In this document: positions 51,279 through 64,000 of the stretch, piece by piece
Layout of the letters: every line of letters begins with the position of its first letter
Numbering within the stretch: position 1 is the first letter of the stretch
NCBI RefSeq assembly: GCF_006345805.1
Contig: NC_043004.1
Coordinates: forward strand, 27,218,001-27,282,000
Direction: 5' to 3'
Origin: Octopus sinensis
Lineage: Eukaryota
DNA: 64,000 nucleotides
Translations under genes and position numbers: made by a program
The notes under the pieces: generated by a model
Told to the model about the DNA's origin: nothing
Databases searched by the model: none
The model's input: only the letters and a program-made list of their open reading frames with translations

Positions 51279-52600
51279 TCAAGTACATCAACATCAAAAT
51301 AAAAAATCAAATGGAAATTGTAGTTGTGATACCTGTGCTGGTGAAACGTAAAAAGCACCATCCGAACATGGCCGATGCCAGTGCTGCCTTGACTGGCTTC
51401 TTTGCCGGTAGCATGTAAAAAGCACCAACCAACTGTGACCGCTGCCAGCCTCTCCTGGCACGTAAAAAGCACCCACTACACTCACGGAGTGGTTGGTGTT
51501 AGGAAAGGCATCCAGCTGTAGAAACACTGCCAGATCAGACTGGAGCCTGGTGCAGCCTCCTGGCTTCCCAGACCCCGGTCAAACCATCAAGCCCATGCTA
51601 GAATGGAAAACGGACATTAAATGAATGAATGGTATATATATATAAATATACACATGCATACATACAGAAAATAAAGGAATTCTCAAAAGCAGGATGGCTG
51701 TGAAGAGAATTCCATTATTTCCCACCTTACTGGCACATGTGCTGGTGGCACGTGAAAAAGACATTCGAGCGAGGTCATTGCCAGTGCTGCTGGACTCACT
51801 CATGTGCAGGTGGCGCATAAAAATCACCATTTGAGTGTGGCTGCTGCCAGTACTGCCTGAATGGCCCTTGTGCCGGTGGCATGTAAAAGCACACACTACA
51901 CTCTCGGAGTGGTTGGCATTAGGAAGGACATCCAGCAGTAGAAACTCTGCCAGATCAGATTGGAGCCTGGTGCAGCCATCTGGTTCGTCAGACCTCAGTC
52001 AAATCGTCCAACCCATGCTAGCATGGAAAGTGGACGTTAAACGATGATGATGATTCACTACCTATAGGTTTGTTTACAATATATATATATATACATATAC
52101 TGATGCATATATATGTATCTTTCTTTGTGTTTGTGTTTGTCCCCCTCCCCACCACTTGACAACCAGTGTTGGTTTGTTTATATTTTTATATTACCGTAAT
52201 TTAACTGTATGACAAAAGAAACTGATAGATTAACTAACAGACTTGAGTAGTGAGGTCAATTTCTTCAACTAAACCTTTCATGGCAGTGCTTCAGCATGGC
52301 CATAGCCTAATGACTGCAACAAGTAATATATATACTATATATATATAGTCACCATGATAGATCGTTAGCCACTACACATGTTTTTTCTCTCCTTGTTTTT
52401 TTCTGTGTCCCTTTCTGAAAAAGAGCGTAGGCTCAAAACGTAAAAGACTTTTTCTATTCCTGAGCGTTATACTAATACATCTGTTTGTTTTGTACACCAC
52501 CTGTCTTCGTCTTTTGTTTTTTTCGTAAACTCTCCCTATATAAGAAATACTAAATTTCTAAATCGAGACAAATATCGCCAGCTGACCTGTGTCTGCTACT

Positions 52601-52643
52601 CTAGGCCGATGAAGGACAATGATTCTGAAACACGTGTCCATAG
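52601..52643 (+). ncRNA. minimal hammerhead-like motif
   Basis: CTAGG-CCGATGA-AGGA..TTCT-GAAA-CACGTG-TC-CATAG; palindromic stem III. Confidence 0.42.
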
Positions 52644-52994
52644 ATGCAGCTCCAGCGGCCAGGGGTGTTTGTCTCCCCTTCGTAAATGTATATAAGGACA
52701 CAGGGAAAAATGTGTCAAAGCCATCAGGAGGCGTCGATGCTTCCTAGGGCTATACAGCGGTGGTGTACCCCATTACTGTCACGTATACAACCATTCTATC
52801 TCCCTATATATATATATATATATAAAGGCAGTGTCCCAGCATGCTGCAGCTCTGAGCTGAAACTGAAAAAAGAAAAATATTATATGTTTTATTTTAAAGT
52901 ACAGCACATACACTTGATCACTCTAAACAAATCATTTGTGTAGGTCGTTCAACAAAAATTTCAGAATCATTTTTTGTGGACTATGCAAAACTAT

Positions 52995-53027
52995 CACCGT
53001 TACTATCTCTATCTATCTATCTATCTG

Positions 53028-53098
<71 letters not shown>

Positions 53099-53183
53099 GT
53101 TTATCTGTCTATCTGTCTATCTATCTATCTATCAAGCTATCTATCTATCTGTCTATTTATTTATCTATCTATCTATCTGTCTG

Positions 53184-53220
<37 letters not shown>

Positions 53221-53420
53221 ATATCTATCTATCTATCAATCTATCTATTTGTCTATCTATTTACTTATCTATCTATCTATCTATGCATGCATGTAAGAAT
53301 GTATGTATGTATGTATGTATGTATGTATGTATGTATGTATGTATGTATGTATGTATGTATGTATGCATGCATGCATGTATGTATGTATGTATGTATGTAT
53401 GTATGTATGTATGTATGATA
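52995..53420. repeat. (TATC)n-(TATG)n compound microsatellite
   Basis: Directly visible. Confidence 0.95.
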
Positions 53421-54572
53421 GAAATTTACATTCAGTATATAAGTTATACTTTTACACAAGGTTTCACTTCTTTTTTTCTGTACTAATTATTAAAGCAGAA
53501 AACAAAAACAGCACTAAAACATTTCCTAATTGTTTTTTATTCATTTGAACTGTGACAGCTGACAGCTAATTATTCACAAAAAAGACACATTTCCTATTAT
53601 TTTATTTTAAAATGAACAATTATGGTTTTAATAGCTTCTGAAATGATAAAACTGACTTGATTTCAATAAAACTTCAGCTCCTGTTATTGCCGCTAATTGG
53701 TACTATTGTGTAAATACACCTCTATGGAAGACAGCAACAGCAATAGAAACAATAGAATAGAAAAAGGGTGAGTGTGTGTGGGGTGTGGGTGTGGGTGTGG
53801 GTGTGAGTGTGGGTGTGTGTGTTTACATATGGAAGTTGTGAGCTACATGGCAACTTTAATGGTGCTGCTGCCATGGGAAAAGTACCCTGTACTTCACTGG
53901 CTTTAGGAAGGACATCTACCTGCTGAAACTGTGCCAAAGAGAGGCATTGGAGTAAGATGCGATCCTCTAAACTGTTGGTTTCAGCCAAACCATCATCTCG
54001 TGCCAGCATAGAAAGTAGATTTAAAAATTATGATAATGCATGCATGCAAGCACGTACACACACACACACACACACAGACACACAAACACACTCACACACT
54101 CACACACACACACACATTTTCACACTCACACATATGTGGCTGTATGTAGAAGGTTCTATTTGTTGTAAATCTTATGGTTTTTAAATGAGTACAGTGTTTG
54201 CAAATATAGAATATTAGCAATTTTTATCACCTAAATGTACAGAACACTGTGAAACACTTAAGCAGCTGTTAATTTACAATTCGAAATGGTGTTATGCAAA
54301 TACTTCCCATTATTTCATACATAAACTTGTAACCTAGAATGTCTACATGTTACACCATCTCTTGTGGCAAGGATGTAATTTTTCTAATGAAGAACAGCTT
54401 TCAGTACATCCAATGTATATGTGGTTTATTGACAAGTAGTTTCCCTTTAGTGTAACCCAAAACGTACCTTCACTACCTGAAAGGCCAGGTGATCAAACAA
54501 GTCACAATATGTCGCTCAACTAGAATATGATACGTTCGCTAAACATTTCTTGAACAATATTTATGAAAGCTC

Positions 54573-54697
54573 TGAGGTTGACTTTGCCTTTCACCCTTTC
54601 GGGGTTGATAAATTAAGTACCTGTTGTGTGCTGAGGTTGATCTAATTGACTGGTCTTCTTTCCCAAAATTTCGGGCCTTGTGCCTAGAGTAGAAAAG
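54573..54697 (+). mobile_element. 5'-truncated family A SINE with 17-bp TSD
   Basis: AATATTTATGAAAGCTC at 54556-54572 and 54698-54714. Confidence 0.85.
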
Positions 54698-54858
54698 AAT
54701 ATTTATGAAAGCTCTTACTTCATGGATCATTAGTCTACCTTGTTGAATACATACATTTTGCATAAATGTCATGTCTGGTTTGTTCTGAGAAAAGTAAGTC
54801 ATGTAACATAAGCACTTAGCAATCAGAATTCCCTGTTATTATATTCTGCTTTCTTTAG

Positions 54859-55080
54859 AGAAATATACACCTATCATGTCAAACTTTGCCACACAACAGT
54901 AAACTGTTAGACATTCTCAGTGAAGGAGACACTTCACAGTCTGCTGCCCAACCAATAGCAGAAAGTTTCTCATTTTACAAGAAGATGGAAGAAAAACCTG
55001 CTTGTCATTCATATGAAGAATCATTTTATTGGTCTACATTGTATGTTGTCTGCAAACATTTTCTCTCTTCCTCAAGTTGA
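54859..55080 (+). CDS. candidate terminal coding exon
   Basis: Strong acceptor tattatattctgctttctttag|, 73 open codons in non-repetitive DNA (RNIHLSCQTLPHNSKLLDILSEGDT...SSS*), AATAAA near 55318. Confidence 0.33.
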   Translation, partial: RNIHLSCQTLPHNSKLLDILSEGDTSQSAAQPIAESFSFYKKMEEKPACHSYEESFYWSTLYVVCKHFLSSSS

Positions 55081-56086
55081 TAAATTTTGTATACTATCAT
55101 AATACCATAACAGTGGAAATTTAAATCAAGGTGCAACATCCTTTGCAAACTACAAACTGAAATATTTACTAAAGTGCCAACCTTAATGCCAAATGACAAG
55201 GAGCGTTCCCCGTTGCCTACTTAATAGCTTCAGTATTCCCCAGTGTTCACACAGTCCGTACATATCCTGATGGTTTCCTTTTTATAATAATATTCTATTG
55301 TGACCTAGATAAAAAGCAAATAAAAATTTTACTGTATTTCAGTGACCAAGTCACTATTTTTAAACATTTCACAATCACAAAAGCATGATGTTCACTTCAC
55401 AGCTTTATGGCTTCTAAAATGGTATCATGTGTGTTGTTCAATGGCACTGAATATGTGATTTCTCATCCCTGTCAGTGAGCTTACAACCATTTTAAAAACC
55501 ATTCTGGTTCCCTGCCATACACTTGTGTGCGTGTGCGTGTGTGTGTGTGTGTGCATGTGCGTGTGTGTCTGTGTGTGTGCATATGTGTCTGTGTCTGTGT
55601 CTGTGTGTGTGTGTACATCAATAGTAACATTGAAATATAGCTGAAGCCTGTTCATGCTTGATCAACTTCAGAGTCTCTGCCAGTGTTTTGTTCCAGCTCA
55701 CCAAATTAAATTATACATATATATACACACATACACAAACATACACATATATCTATATACATACATACATACATGCATGCATACATACACATATATGTGT
55801 ATATATATACATACACATACACGTATGAATGTATGTAAGTATGTATGTATGTATGTATGTATGTGTGTGTGTGTATGCATGTGTATTGTGCAGAAGATAG
55901 CTTAAGTTATGTACAAAGTAGGAAGCTTATACCACTTACAACAAAAACAAAAAACACAGTGTAGAACAAGTGAACAAATAAGCAACTAAATACTTGACGA
56001 TGTAAGAAGTATTATTGCTGTATTTAAGTATATCAACACATTATTTATTTTTCTCTCTCTCCCCCTCCCTTCTTCTATTTATCTAC

Positions 56087-56126
<40 letters not shown>

Positions 56127-56234
56127 ATATCTATCTACTTATCTATCTACCTATCAATCTGCCAATCTATGTATACAGATAGATACAAATGCACACACAC
56201 ACTCATGCATTTCTGTGTATATGTATATAATATA

Positions 56235-57469
56235 TTAGGGCTTCAAGAATGTTCTATAAATACTAGGAATAATTTTATTCTTCAAAGTATGCACCCATAT
56301 TGTCAATACACTTTTGCCTTTTCAGAGGTAGCTTGTCCAGCCCAGAACTGTAAAGCCTGGCAATCTAGAGACAATAAAATCCTTGAAGGCCTGTTTTACA
56401 GCATTGTCGGAATTAAATTCTTTTCCTATCAAAAAGTTATTCAAATTCTGGAAGAAATGGTAGTCAGTGGGGGCAAGATCAGGTGTGTATGGTGGATAAT
56501 GGAGAATTTCCAACTCCAACTCCTGTAGTTTCGCCAATGTCATTTTCGCAATGTGGTCTGGCGTTGTCTTGCAAGAAAATAGGAGTGGATCTGTGGCCTA
56601 ATCTAGGCTTTTTTTTTGTGAGTTTCTGCAACATTTGGACCAGTTTGCTGCAATATACTTCAGCCATGACTTATGAGCCAGGGTTAACGAAATCATAATA
56701 GATCACACCTGTGCCAGACCACCAAACACATACCATCAGCTTTTGATGAACTTTGTTTTTGGACTGTGTTTTGGTGGCTCATCTTTGTCCAACCATTATG
56801 CTGAACATTTATGGTTGTTGTATTGGATCCATTTCTCATCACATGTTACAATTCGATTCAAAAATGATTAATTTTGTGACGAGAAAGTAGCATAATGCAG
56901 GCTTACAAATGTTGCTCTTTCTGATTTTCATTGAGTTCATGTGGAACCCACTTATCCAAATTTTACACTTTACCGATTTGAACCAGGTAAGTCAATATTG
57001 TTTGCTTGCTAACACCAAACAACAACGATAATTCACGGCCACTTTGAGATGGATCTGACTCAATGGTGGCTTTCAGTTTGTCATTATCCACCTTTGTTTC
57101 TGGTTGGCCACATTGCTCATTTGTGAGGTCAAAGTTACCAGAATGAAATTTCGCAAACTAATTTGATACTATTTGCTGTGTAATAACATTAGAACGAAAT
57201 ACTTCTGAGCTGTCTGTGATTCCATATTTCCAAGAAAGAACTCATATTTCAAAACTGTACGAATTTCCGACTTATCCATCTCTAAACAAAAACAGCAAAA
57301 AACGATTTATAAATACTTTATAAAGTGCAAAATGAGTTAGAATAAAGAAGTAGATGTGTCAGCTTTCTAACAAAAAATAAAGATTATCAAACTATAATAA
57401 TGGTGCAAAATGAGCAGCTGTCAAAGTTTACCATATACGTTACTACAAACTTCATACTTGACAACCTAA
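56235..57469 (-). mobile_element. full-length decayed mariner transposon
   Basis: TTAGGTTGTCAAG-type TIRs (left one diverged), TA flanks; LQDNARPH and HYPPYTPDLAPTDYHFF. Confidence 0.9.
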
Positions 57470-57490
57470 TATATATGTATATATATTTAT

Positions 57491-57705
57491 ATATATAATA
57501 TAAAAGTTAGATAGGGCCTGTTTATGGGGTTATCTTTGGTTTCACATCCATGAAGTGCTTAGCTTTGTGGCTTCTCTAGTGAGAAGCAGGCCTTAAGCTA
57601 ACAGGTTTTGGGATCTGATGATATGCCGTAAAGCTAAGCTCTTTATGGACATAAAACCAAAGGTAATCCCATAAACAGGCCTTTTCTAACTTTTATATTA
57701 TATAT
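57491..57705. mobile_element. MITE with about 85-bp TIRs
   Basis: ATATAATATAAAAGTTAG...GGCCTGTTTATGGG arm mirrored at the right end. Confidence 0.8.
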
Positions 57706-57755
57706 TGCTCTATGACTTAGAGTGTGTTTCTTTTTCGGATTTATGTTCTACTAAT

Positions 57756-57790
<35 letters not shown>

Positions 57791-57866
57791 GACTTTTCTG
57801 TCCTTTCTGAGCATCAAACTAATACATCTGCTTGTCTGTATATTTGAATCCTATATCATCATCATT

Positions 57867-57926
<60 letters not shown>

Positions 57927-58289
57927 GTCGTCGTCATTGTCATCGTCATTTAACATCCTCTTTCCATGCTAGCATGGGTTGAATGGTTTGACTGAGCACT
58001 GACAAGCCAGAATGCTGTACCAGGCTCCAATCTGATCTGGCAAAGTTTCTACAGCTGGATACCCTTCTTAGCGCCAACCACTCCAAGAGTGTAGTGGATG
58101 CTTGTTACAAGCCACCAGCACTGGCAACGGCCATGCTTGAATAGTGCTTTTGATGTGCCACCAGCATGGGACTAGTCAGGCAGCACTGGCATTGACCACG
58201 CTTGAATGGTGCTTTTTAAGTGCCTCTGGTACGGGTGCCAGTCAGGTGGTACCGGCATCGGCCATGACAATGATATCTCCTACGCCTTT

Positions 58290-59075
58290 TCTAAAGATTG
58301 AGCAGGGCCTTCTACCTGAAAGGATTTGTGATTTGTTTACCTTCCTTCTCACTAAGACTTTGGTTTTTATGAGATTGACGCTAAGGCCCTTCGATTCTTG
58401 ACCTTGCTTCCACACCTGAAACTTCTCCTCTAGTTTTGATAGTGACTCGGCTATTAGAGCAAGGCCATTAGCATAGAAGTGCTCCCAGGGGCAGCTCATC
58501 TTAAATTCCTGTTATTGCCTGGAGGACTATGAAGAATAAGAGGGGGCAGGGCACTGATCCTTGGTGGACCCCTACCCCTACCCAGACTTCTTCACTTTAC
58601 TCATTGCCAACCTTCACCTTACTGACCACATCCCTGTACATAGCTTGTACAGCTCTCACTAACCACTCATCTATCCCTAGTTTCTGCATTGACCACCAGA
58701 TAAAGGATTGGTGGATCCTGTCAAAAGCTTTCTCCATGTCAACGAAAGCCAGGTACAGAGGTTTATCTTTGGCTAGGTATTTCTCCTGCAGCTGTCTTAC
58801 CAGAAATATAGCATCGATGGTGCTTTTCCCTGGCACAAACCCAAACTACGTCTCGTCTAAACTAACTCTCTACCTAATTAGTTGGGCTATGACCCTCTCT
58901 GTGACTTTCATTACAGGATCCAACAACTTGATACCTCTGTAATTATTTGTATCTAAAGCATCACCTTTACCTTTGTAGCAGTTGACTATGGTGCTGCTAC
59001 ACCAGTCATTGGGTATGTCTTCTTCATGTATCACCTTCTTGACTATGTAGGTGACTAGATTATAGCCAACACTGC
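58290..59075 (-). mobile_element. RTE LINE reverse transcriptase fragment
   Basis: YKGKGDA..NNYRGIKLL, PGKSTIDAIF, AFVDMEKAFD, GVHQGS. Confidence 0.92.
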
Positions 59076-59529
59076 CAGATTGGTGGTGCACATTTATGTT
59101 TGCCCATTGCTTTAACATAAGTAATATTAAGATTTCATTGCTATTATGTATCTTGATGTCAGCTTACATTGCAACACTTTCACTTTGTATGTAACAATAT
59201 CTAATTATATAATTGCATGTTACCTACAAAGAATATACTTGAATGACAATAATGTGAATGAGATGTGCTCGATTTTTCTCTACACGTAAACATAAATAAG
59301 ATAACCGTATTTATGATTATGATTTAGCAACGAATACTAACCATATTAAAAATGCATTATAGTAGTGTGTATATACATATGTATACATATATATATATGT
59401 TATCAATTTTATTGGCAGTAACTAGGTAGTAATTTTTTTGTTGCTTTATAAATGCACATTCTCTTTACAAAGTTGCATTTCATAAAATAATACTGTTTTT
59501 TTCACACTGTTATGTTAAATATAGGAAGT

Positions 59530-60635
59530 CAGCAATGACAGTTTCTTTCGCTCTTTTTCTGTGAAAGTGAGTATTTCTAGGTTTTTGCACAAATTAGTTG
59601 GTACATAACCTAATGCACCTATGATGATAGGTATAAATGAGAATTCATAGTCAGAGTACAAGAACTGTAAATTTCACATAAATGTTCTCTTTTACCTGGG
59701 CTTTTGATTGTACATTCACATCTGCTGCGAAGTTGACCTCTACAACAGTGTGTTACTTTTGTTCCCTGTCCCACTAAACAATATCAGGTCTGTCATGTTT
59801 GCATTGAATTAATGCTTTTCTATAGGTTTTCTGTCAGTATTCTTTGTTTTTAAAGGTGTGAATACCTGCTGGTTCTGACATGCTTTTGATGTATACACCA
59901 GGACAGTCCTTCCTATGGATAGCAACGTAAATAGATAGTCATTGCAACTATATCATGCCCTAGGGGAAGGTAGTGTCTCATACACATTTTGGGGCAGCTG
60001 CTGCTGATGTAGGTGATATCTTCCACACTGATGTTAACAGAGAACTGACATTTTTTTAATTACAACATGGAACTTTGGTGGTATCTTTATCTCTCTTGTT
60101 TATCAGGTATTTAGTAGCTATCTCCTGTTCCTCGATAGCAAAGGCATATTCTTTTAGGTTGAATGTAATGTATCTATCACAGTTTCTGGAGAGGCTTATC
60201 TTCTATGGTGTTGTTGCCTTCTAGCTTATGGAATATGTACCCATGCACTACTTTTTGCTGGTGTGTTGCTTGCTTCTCCTCAAAGCTTCTGTTTAGGTAG
60301 GCCAGTCCAGCCTCTTTTGGGATACTATTTTCAGAACACCTGCACAGTAGTTCTTCTCCAACTCTGAAGATGTTTTTGCCCTTACTTTTGAGTTTGCATA
60401 GAATGTACTCATTTCTTTCTTTCTTTACTATTCAACCAGTCGTTTGAGTGATACAGTGCTACATTCAAAGGCTGTTTGGACTGACCTTATGCCTCTACCA
60501 CCATAAATTCTATCACTGTCACTGTAAATGTGGAAGTTACCAGCTGTGGTTAGTACCTTTCTGGTTTTGATGCCCAGGATCTCTATCTCATCCAGTGTCT
60601 GGTCTGTTATCCTAAATGTTGGTACTAGCACTGGT
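59530..60635 (-). mobile_element. R4/Dong-clade LINE C-terminal half
   Basis: GGRG, EQEIATKYL, CCHC-like region, RHD, DRPDIV, IIIGALG. Confidence 0.8.
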
Positions 60636-61379
60636 ACTCAAAAAGTAAGTACTGGTGTTGATTTGTTTGACTAAACCTTTCAAAGTAATGCCCCAGTATG
60701 GCCACAGAACAAAAACTGAAAGAAGTAGAAAAAAAAGATGAAAATTTACTCATAGACACACATGCACATAGAGACATATATATAAGCATGCATACTACTT
60801 AATCACATACTTGTATAGATGCATAAATACACACACATACACATACATATATATATTTATATTTGCTTGTATGTATACCCACATTCACACACATAGTACT
60901 ATAGACACACAAACATACAGTCATGGCCATATAAATTACACAGAGAAATATAGACATTCACACACTCAAACATCACACACACATGCATACACACACACAT
61001 ATCGCTCACATATAAAGATATTCAAGTACACATATACATACCGTCTTCATAATCATCAATGTTTTAGAGTCCATTTAGCAATCATTAGTCATTCTAAATC
61101 AGCTTCATATCAAAGGAGCAATAATTGGTCAGGCACCAAAAAATTGGTTAGTTATAATTACCTTTCACAAAGACTTGGAAACAGAATACTAGTTACTGTT
61201 ATTATTATTGTCATCATCATCATCATTATCATCATCATCAATCAGTGATCTTATTTTTATTGCGTGATTTCTCTGTATTACTGAGTGCAGCTCTTGGTAC
61301 CTTGGGTATGTGATGAAATGTTTTAGTTTGTTCGTATTTTCTGTTTTAGTGAAACTGTTCCGTTGTCAATTAGAGAAAG

Positions 61380-62520
61380 CAAACTTGATTTTACTGATAC
61401 AACAGCCATGCAGCCTTCATCACATGACCATTTGATTGGCTTGTGTGACAGTTTCTTGCAAAAGACATGCAATAGCACTGTTACAAAACAATGATGCTAT
61501 ATTTCACCATATCAATTAGGAGGAACTGTTTTGCTTCATCATCATTTGTTCCAAGCTGGTCCTCTGATCACCTGGACTTAGTTCTGCTTCTGGTTTTAGT
61601 TTAGAATCTTACTTTTCCTCATCATTCTCAGTATATTTTCTTACTTGCTCATTGCGCACCAGAAGTATTTTGTTGTTCTTTGCCACCAGTGATGTATTTC
61701 TGCTCATCTATTTTAGACATTAGGCTTTTTCAAATATTGTGCTGGGTTTCAGATATAGTACTGAACTTAGGAACAAACCACAGAATGACATCAACTCCAA
61801 AAGATATTGTTAAAGGTGTCACATCTAATGTCACAGCAATGTTGAAGGCTTTTTCTTTCTTCCAGTATGGGGAATTGACCAGTAACTGAGAACAAATCGT
61901 CAAAATCAGGAACCAGAGGATCCAGATTATTTAATGAAAGCATTAATTTGGCTCACTGCCTGTACCTTTCTTTTAACCTGACCATTAGACATTGGTGGTA
62001 TTTTAAAAGATTTCCAACTTCTTTAGCCATTCTAACAATGTCCAATCTTGTAATTTCATAGCATTATTAGAAACACATGTATGTGAAAAACTCACACCTA
62101 GTAAAAATAATTCTCAAAATATTGATCAGTTTTAGCCAGCCAGTCATTAACCCAGAAGGCTTTGGGCCAATCAGACTAGACTAATTGTTTTTGCCACATA
62201 TTCCCTCTCAGTAATCTTGAATTTCTGTTGGTATTGGTGTGTCTTCTCGTGCTGAGATGTTTTTGTCAAATCTTTTGGTATTTTGAGTGAAATATTATCT
62301 CTCAGAAATTAACACTCACCTGCTTAAATTGTTTTGTTGCAGATGTTTTAGCTTGTAAGCTTTGTCTGATATTTTCTTTTACTTCTAGAATATTGATATT
62401 TAACATTTTTTCATGGCTTTTTTTTTGTCTGTTTCATGGTCATTCGGTTCTATAGCCTTCTATCTCCATTTTACTAAATAAAAGACAGGCCTTTTCTGTC
62501 TTCTCAGTCCTACTTATTTC
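61380..62520 (-). mobile_element. decayed LINE N-terminal/RT part, probably same R4-like element
   Basis: PG-D and RPITC-like remnants on the minus strand; many stops. Confidence 0.5.
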
Positions 62521-63002
62521 TATATCGGTCTCTCTCTCTCTCTCTCTCTCTCTAAGATCAACCCCCCATTTCCCTCACTACTGCTACTGCTACTAAGTAG
62601 ATCAAATCATTCAATCTGGTGTGAAACTTCTTGTATGCTCCTCTTATATTTACTTATTCCTTTGTAACTAGAGAAGAAGGTTGCCACTGATTACTGTTCA
62701 TTAATTTTGTCATGTTTTAGTTTCTTTATGGCTTAAGTGAGACTCTTTTCAACATTAACAGTGTTTCATCATATGTGTTGTATGTTTTTGCATTCTGTTT
62801 GTTGCCAGGTATGGGACTGAGTGTCTACTTTTTTTATTACAGCCGTATATTTTATTGAGTGCTACTAGGAGAGTTTTGATGGTCATTTTTCAAGGTTTAG
62901 TTTTTTTATCAGTATTCTATTTTTATTTTTATATTTTATATTTACTTACCGCCTTATTTACTTCTTGTGTTTATTTCTCTCCAATTTCAATAAACTTAAC
63001 AG

Positions 63003-63011
63003 AGATGACCA
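63003..63011 (+). CDS. candidate 9-nt micro-exon
   Basis: Pyrimidine tract ...aaacttaacag|AGATGACCA|gtgagt; no visible partner exon. Confidence 0.18.
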
Positions 63012-64000
63012 GTGAGTGACCATCTACACATTATATGTGTGGTCACATTTGTTAAGCTGCTTTCTTCCTTTAATGAGGTTTTATCTCTTTCTTTCTTTTT
63101 TTCTGTGTGTAGGTTCTCATGTAATGTGTTGGTTTTATAAAGTTCAGATATTTTGTTTTATTTTCAATACCAATTTAAATTTGTCTGTTTTAATTTTTGT
63201 TTCTCACTCTTGTTTACTGCAAATTTCTGTATGTTCATTAATATGTCTTGTGTGATATTTTCTTCACTTTTCTTCTTTTTCTCCATATCTCTTATGTCTC
63301 TTTTATAATACTTACACATTTTAGATAGAGTGTTGCCTCTAACTCTTCATTATAGTTGTCACTAATCCAGCATTATGGTTGCTTTTTGGATGTTGATAGG
63401 AAGAGATGGGCTATTTCATTTTTTGCTATAGAGAGCTGTTGGTGAACTAGCTTTTTTTTCCTCTTTTGTATATTGATAGCACTATATCTAAAATAATAGG
63501 TGTAGCTGTGGCTGCATTGATAAGAGGTTTGCTTTCCAGTCACATGGTTTTGAGTTCAGTTCCACTATGTGGAATATTGGGCAAGTGTCTTCTACTAAAG
63601 CCCTGGTTGATCAAAGCCTTGTAACTGGATTTAGTAGTTAGAAACTGAAAGAAAGCCATATGTGTGTGTGTATGTGTGTGTGTGTGTGCATGTACGTGTG
63701 TGTCTACGTGCATGTGTGTGTGAGTATATATGGTATATGGATGTATGTAGGTGAGCATGTGTATGTCTGGTGTCTTCTTGATAGTTCTGCAAAGGGAAGT
63801 CTGGCAATGGTGAAAATGTTATGTTACTTGCAAATAAGTGATTATCAGTAATGGAAAGGGTGTCCGGCTGTAGAAAATCTGTTTCAAGAAACTCTATCCA
63901 AAGATTATGACAATGATGAAAACAATGATTGCAGGATGCTCATATTAAAAATAAAATTCAGAACTGGTTTTGCTGCTGATTGATTTAACCTGAGAAGCAG

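Noticed and set aside
52936-53548. Overlapping 100-170-aa ORFs (SIYL/MYVC repeats)
   Set aside because: Tetranucleotide microsatellite artefacts.

Overview
AT-rich animal genomic DNA dominated by microsatellites (TA, CA, TATG, TATC, AAT, ATC) and decayed transposons. The repeat content looks like an Octopus (coleoid cephalopod) genome; this is an inference from repeat style, not a database result. Recognisable elements: several tRNA-derived SINE families, RTE and R4/Dong-clade LINE fragments, Penelope-like fragments (RT, GIY-YIG, minimal hammerhead-like motifs), Tc1, mariner, maT (DD37D) and Tigger transposase relics, a hAT-Charlie MITE and several foldback MITEs. No long intact ORF exists, and most ORF-track entries are microsatellite artefacts. 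The main non-repeat signal, found by reading splice sites by hand, is an unidentified plus-strand gene made of very small exons (about 8-65 nt) in kb-scale introns. Four exons (28024-28071, 31131-31178, 32926-32940, 34590-34608) splice in one open frame to RDHSSLFQHLVMLLQRVLALEAEWLQARFNIEEYWFRLTPRFQ. Further micro-exon candidates lie upstream and downstream with less certainty. I could not identify the protein. TE boundaries are approximate unless TIR or TSD positions are stated.
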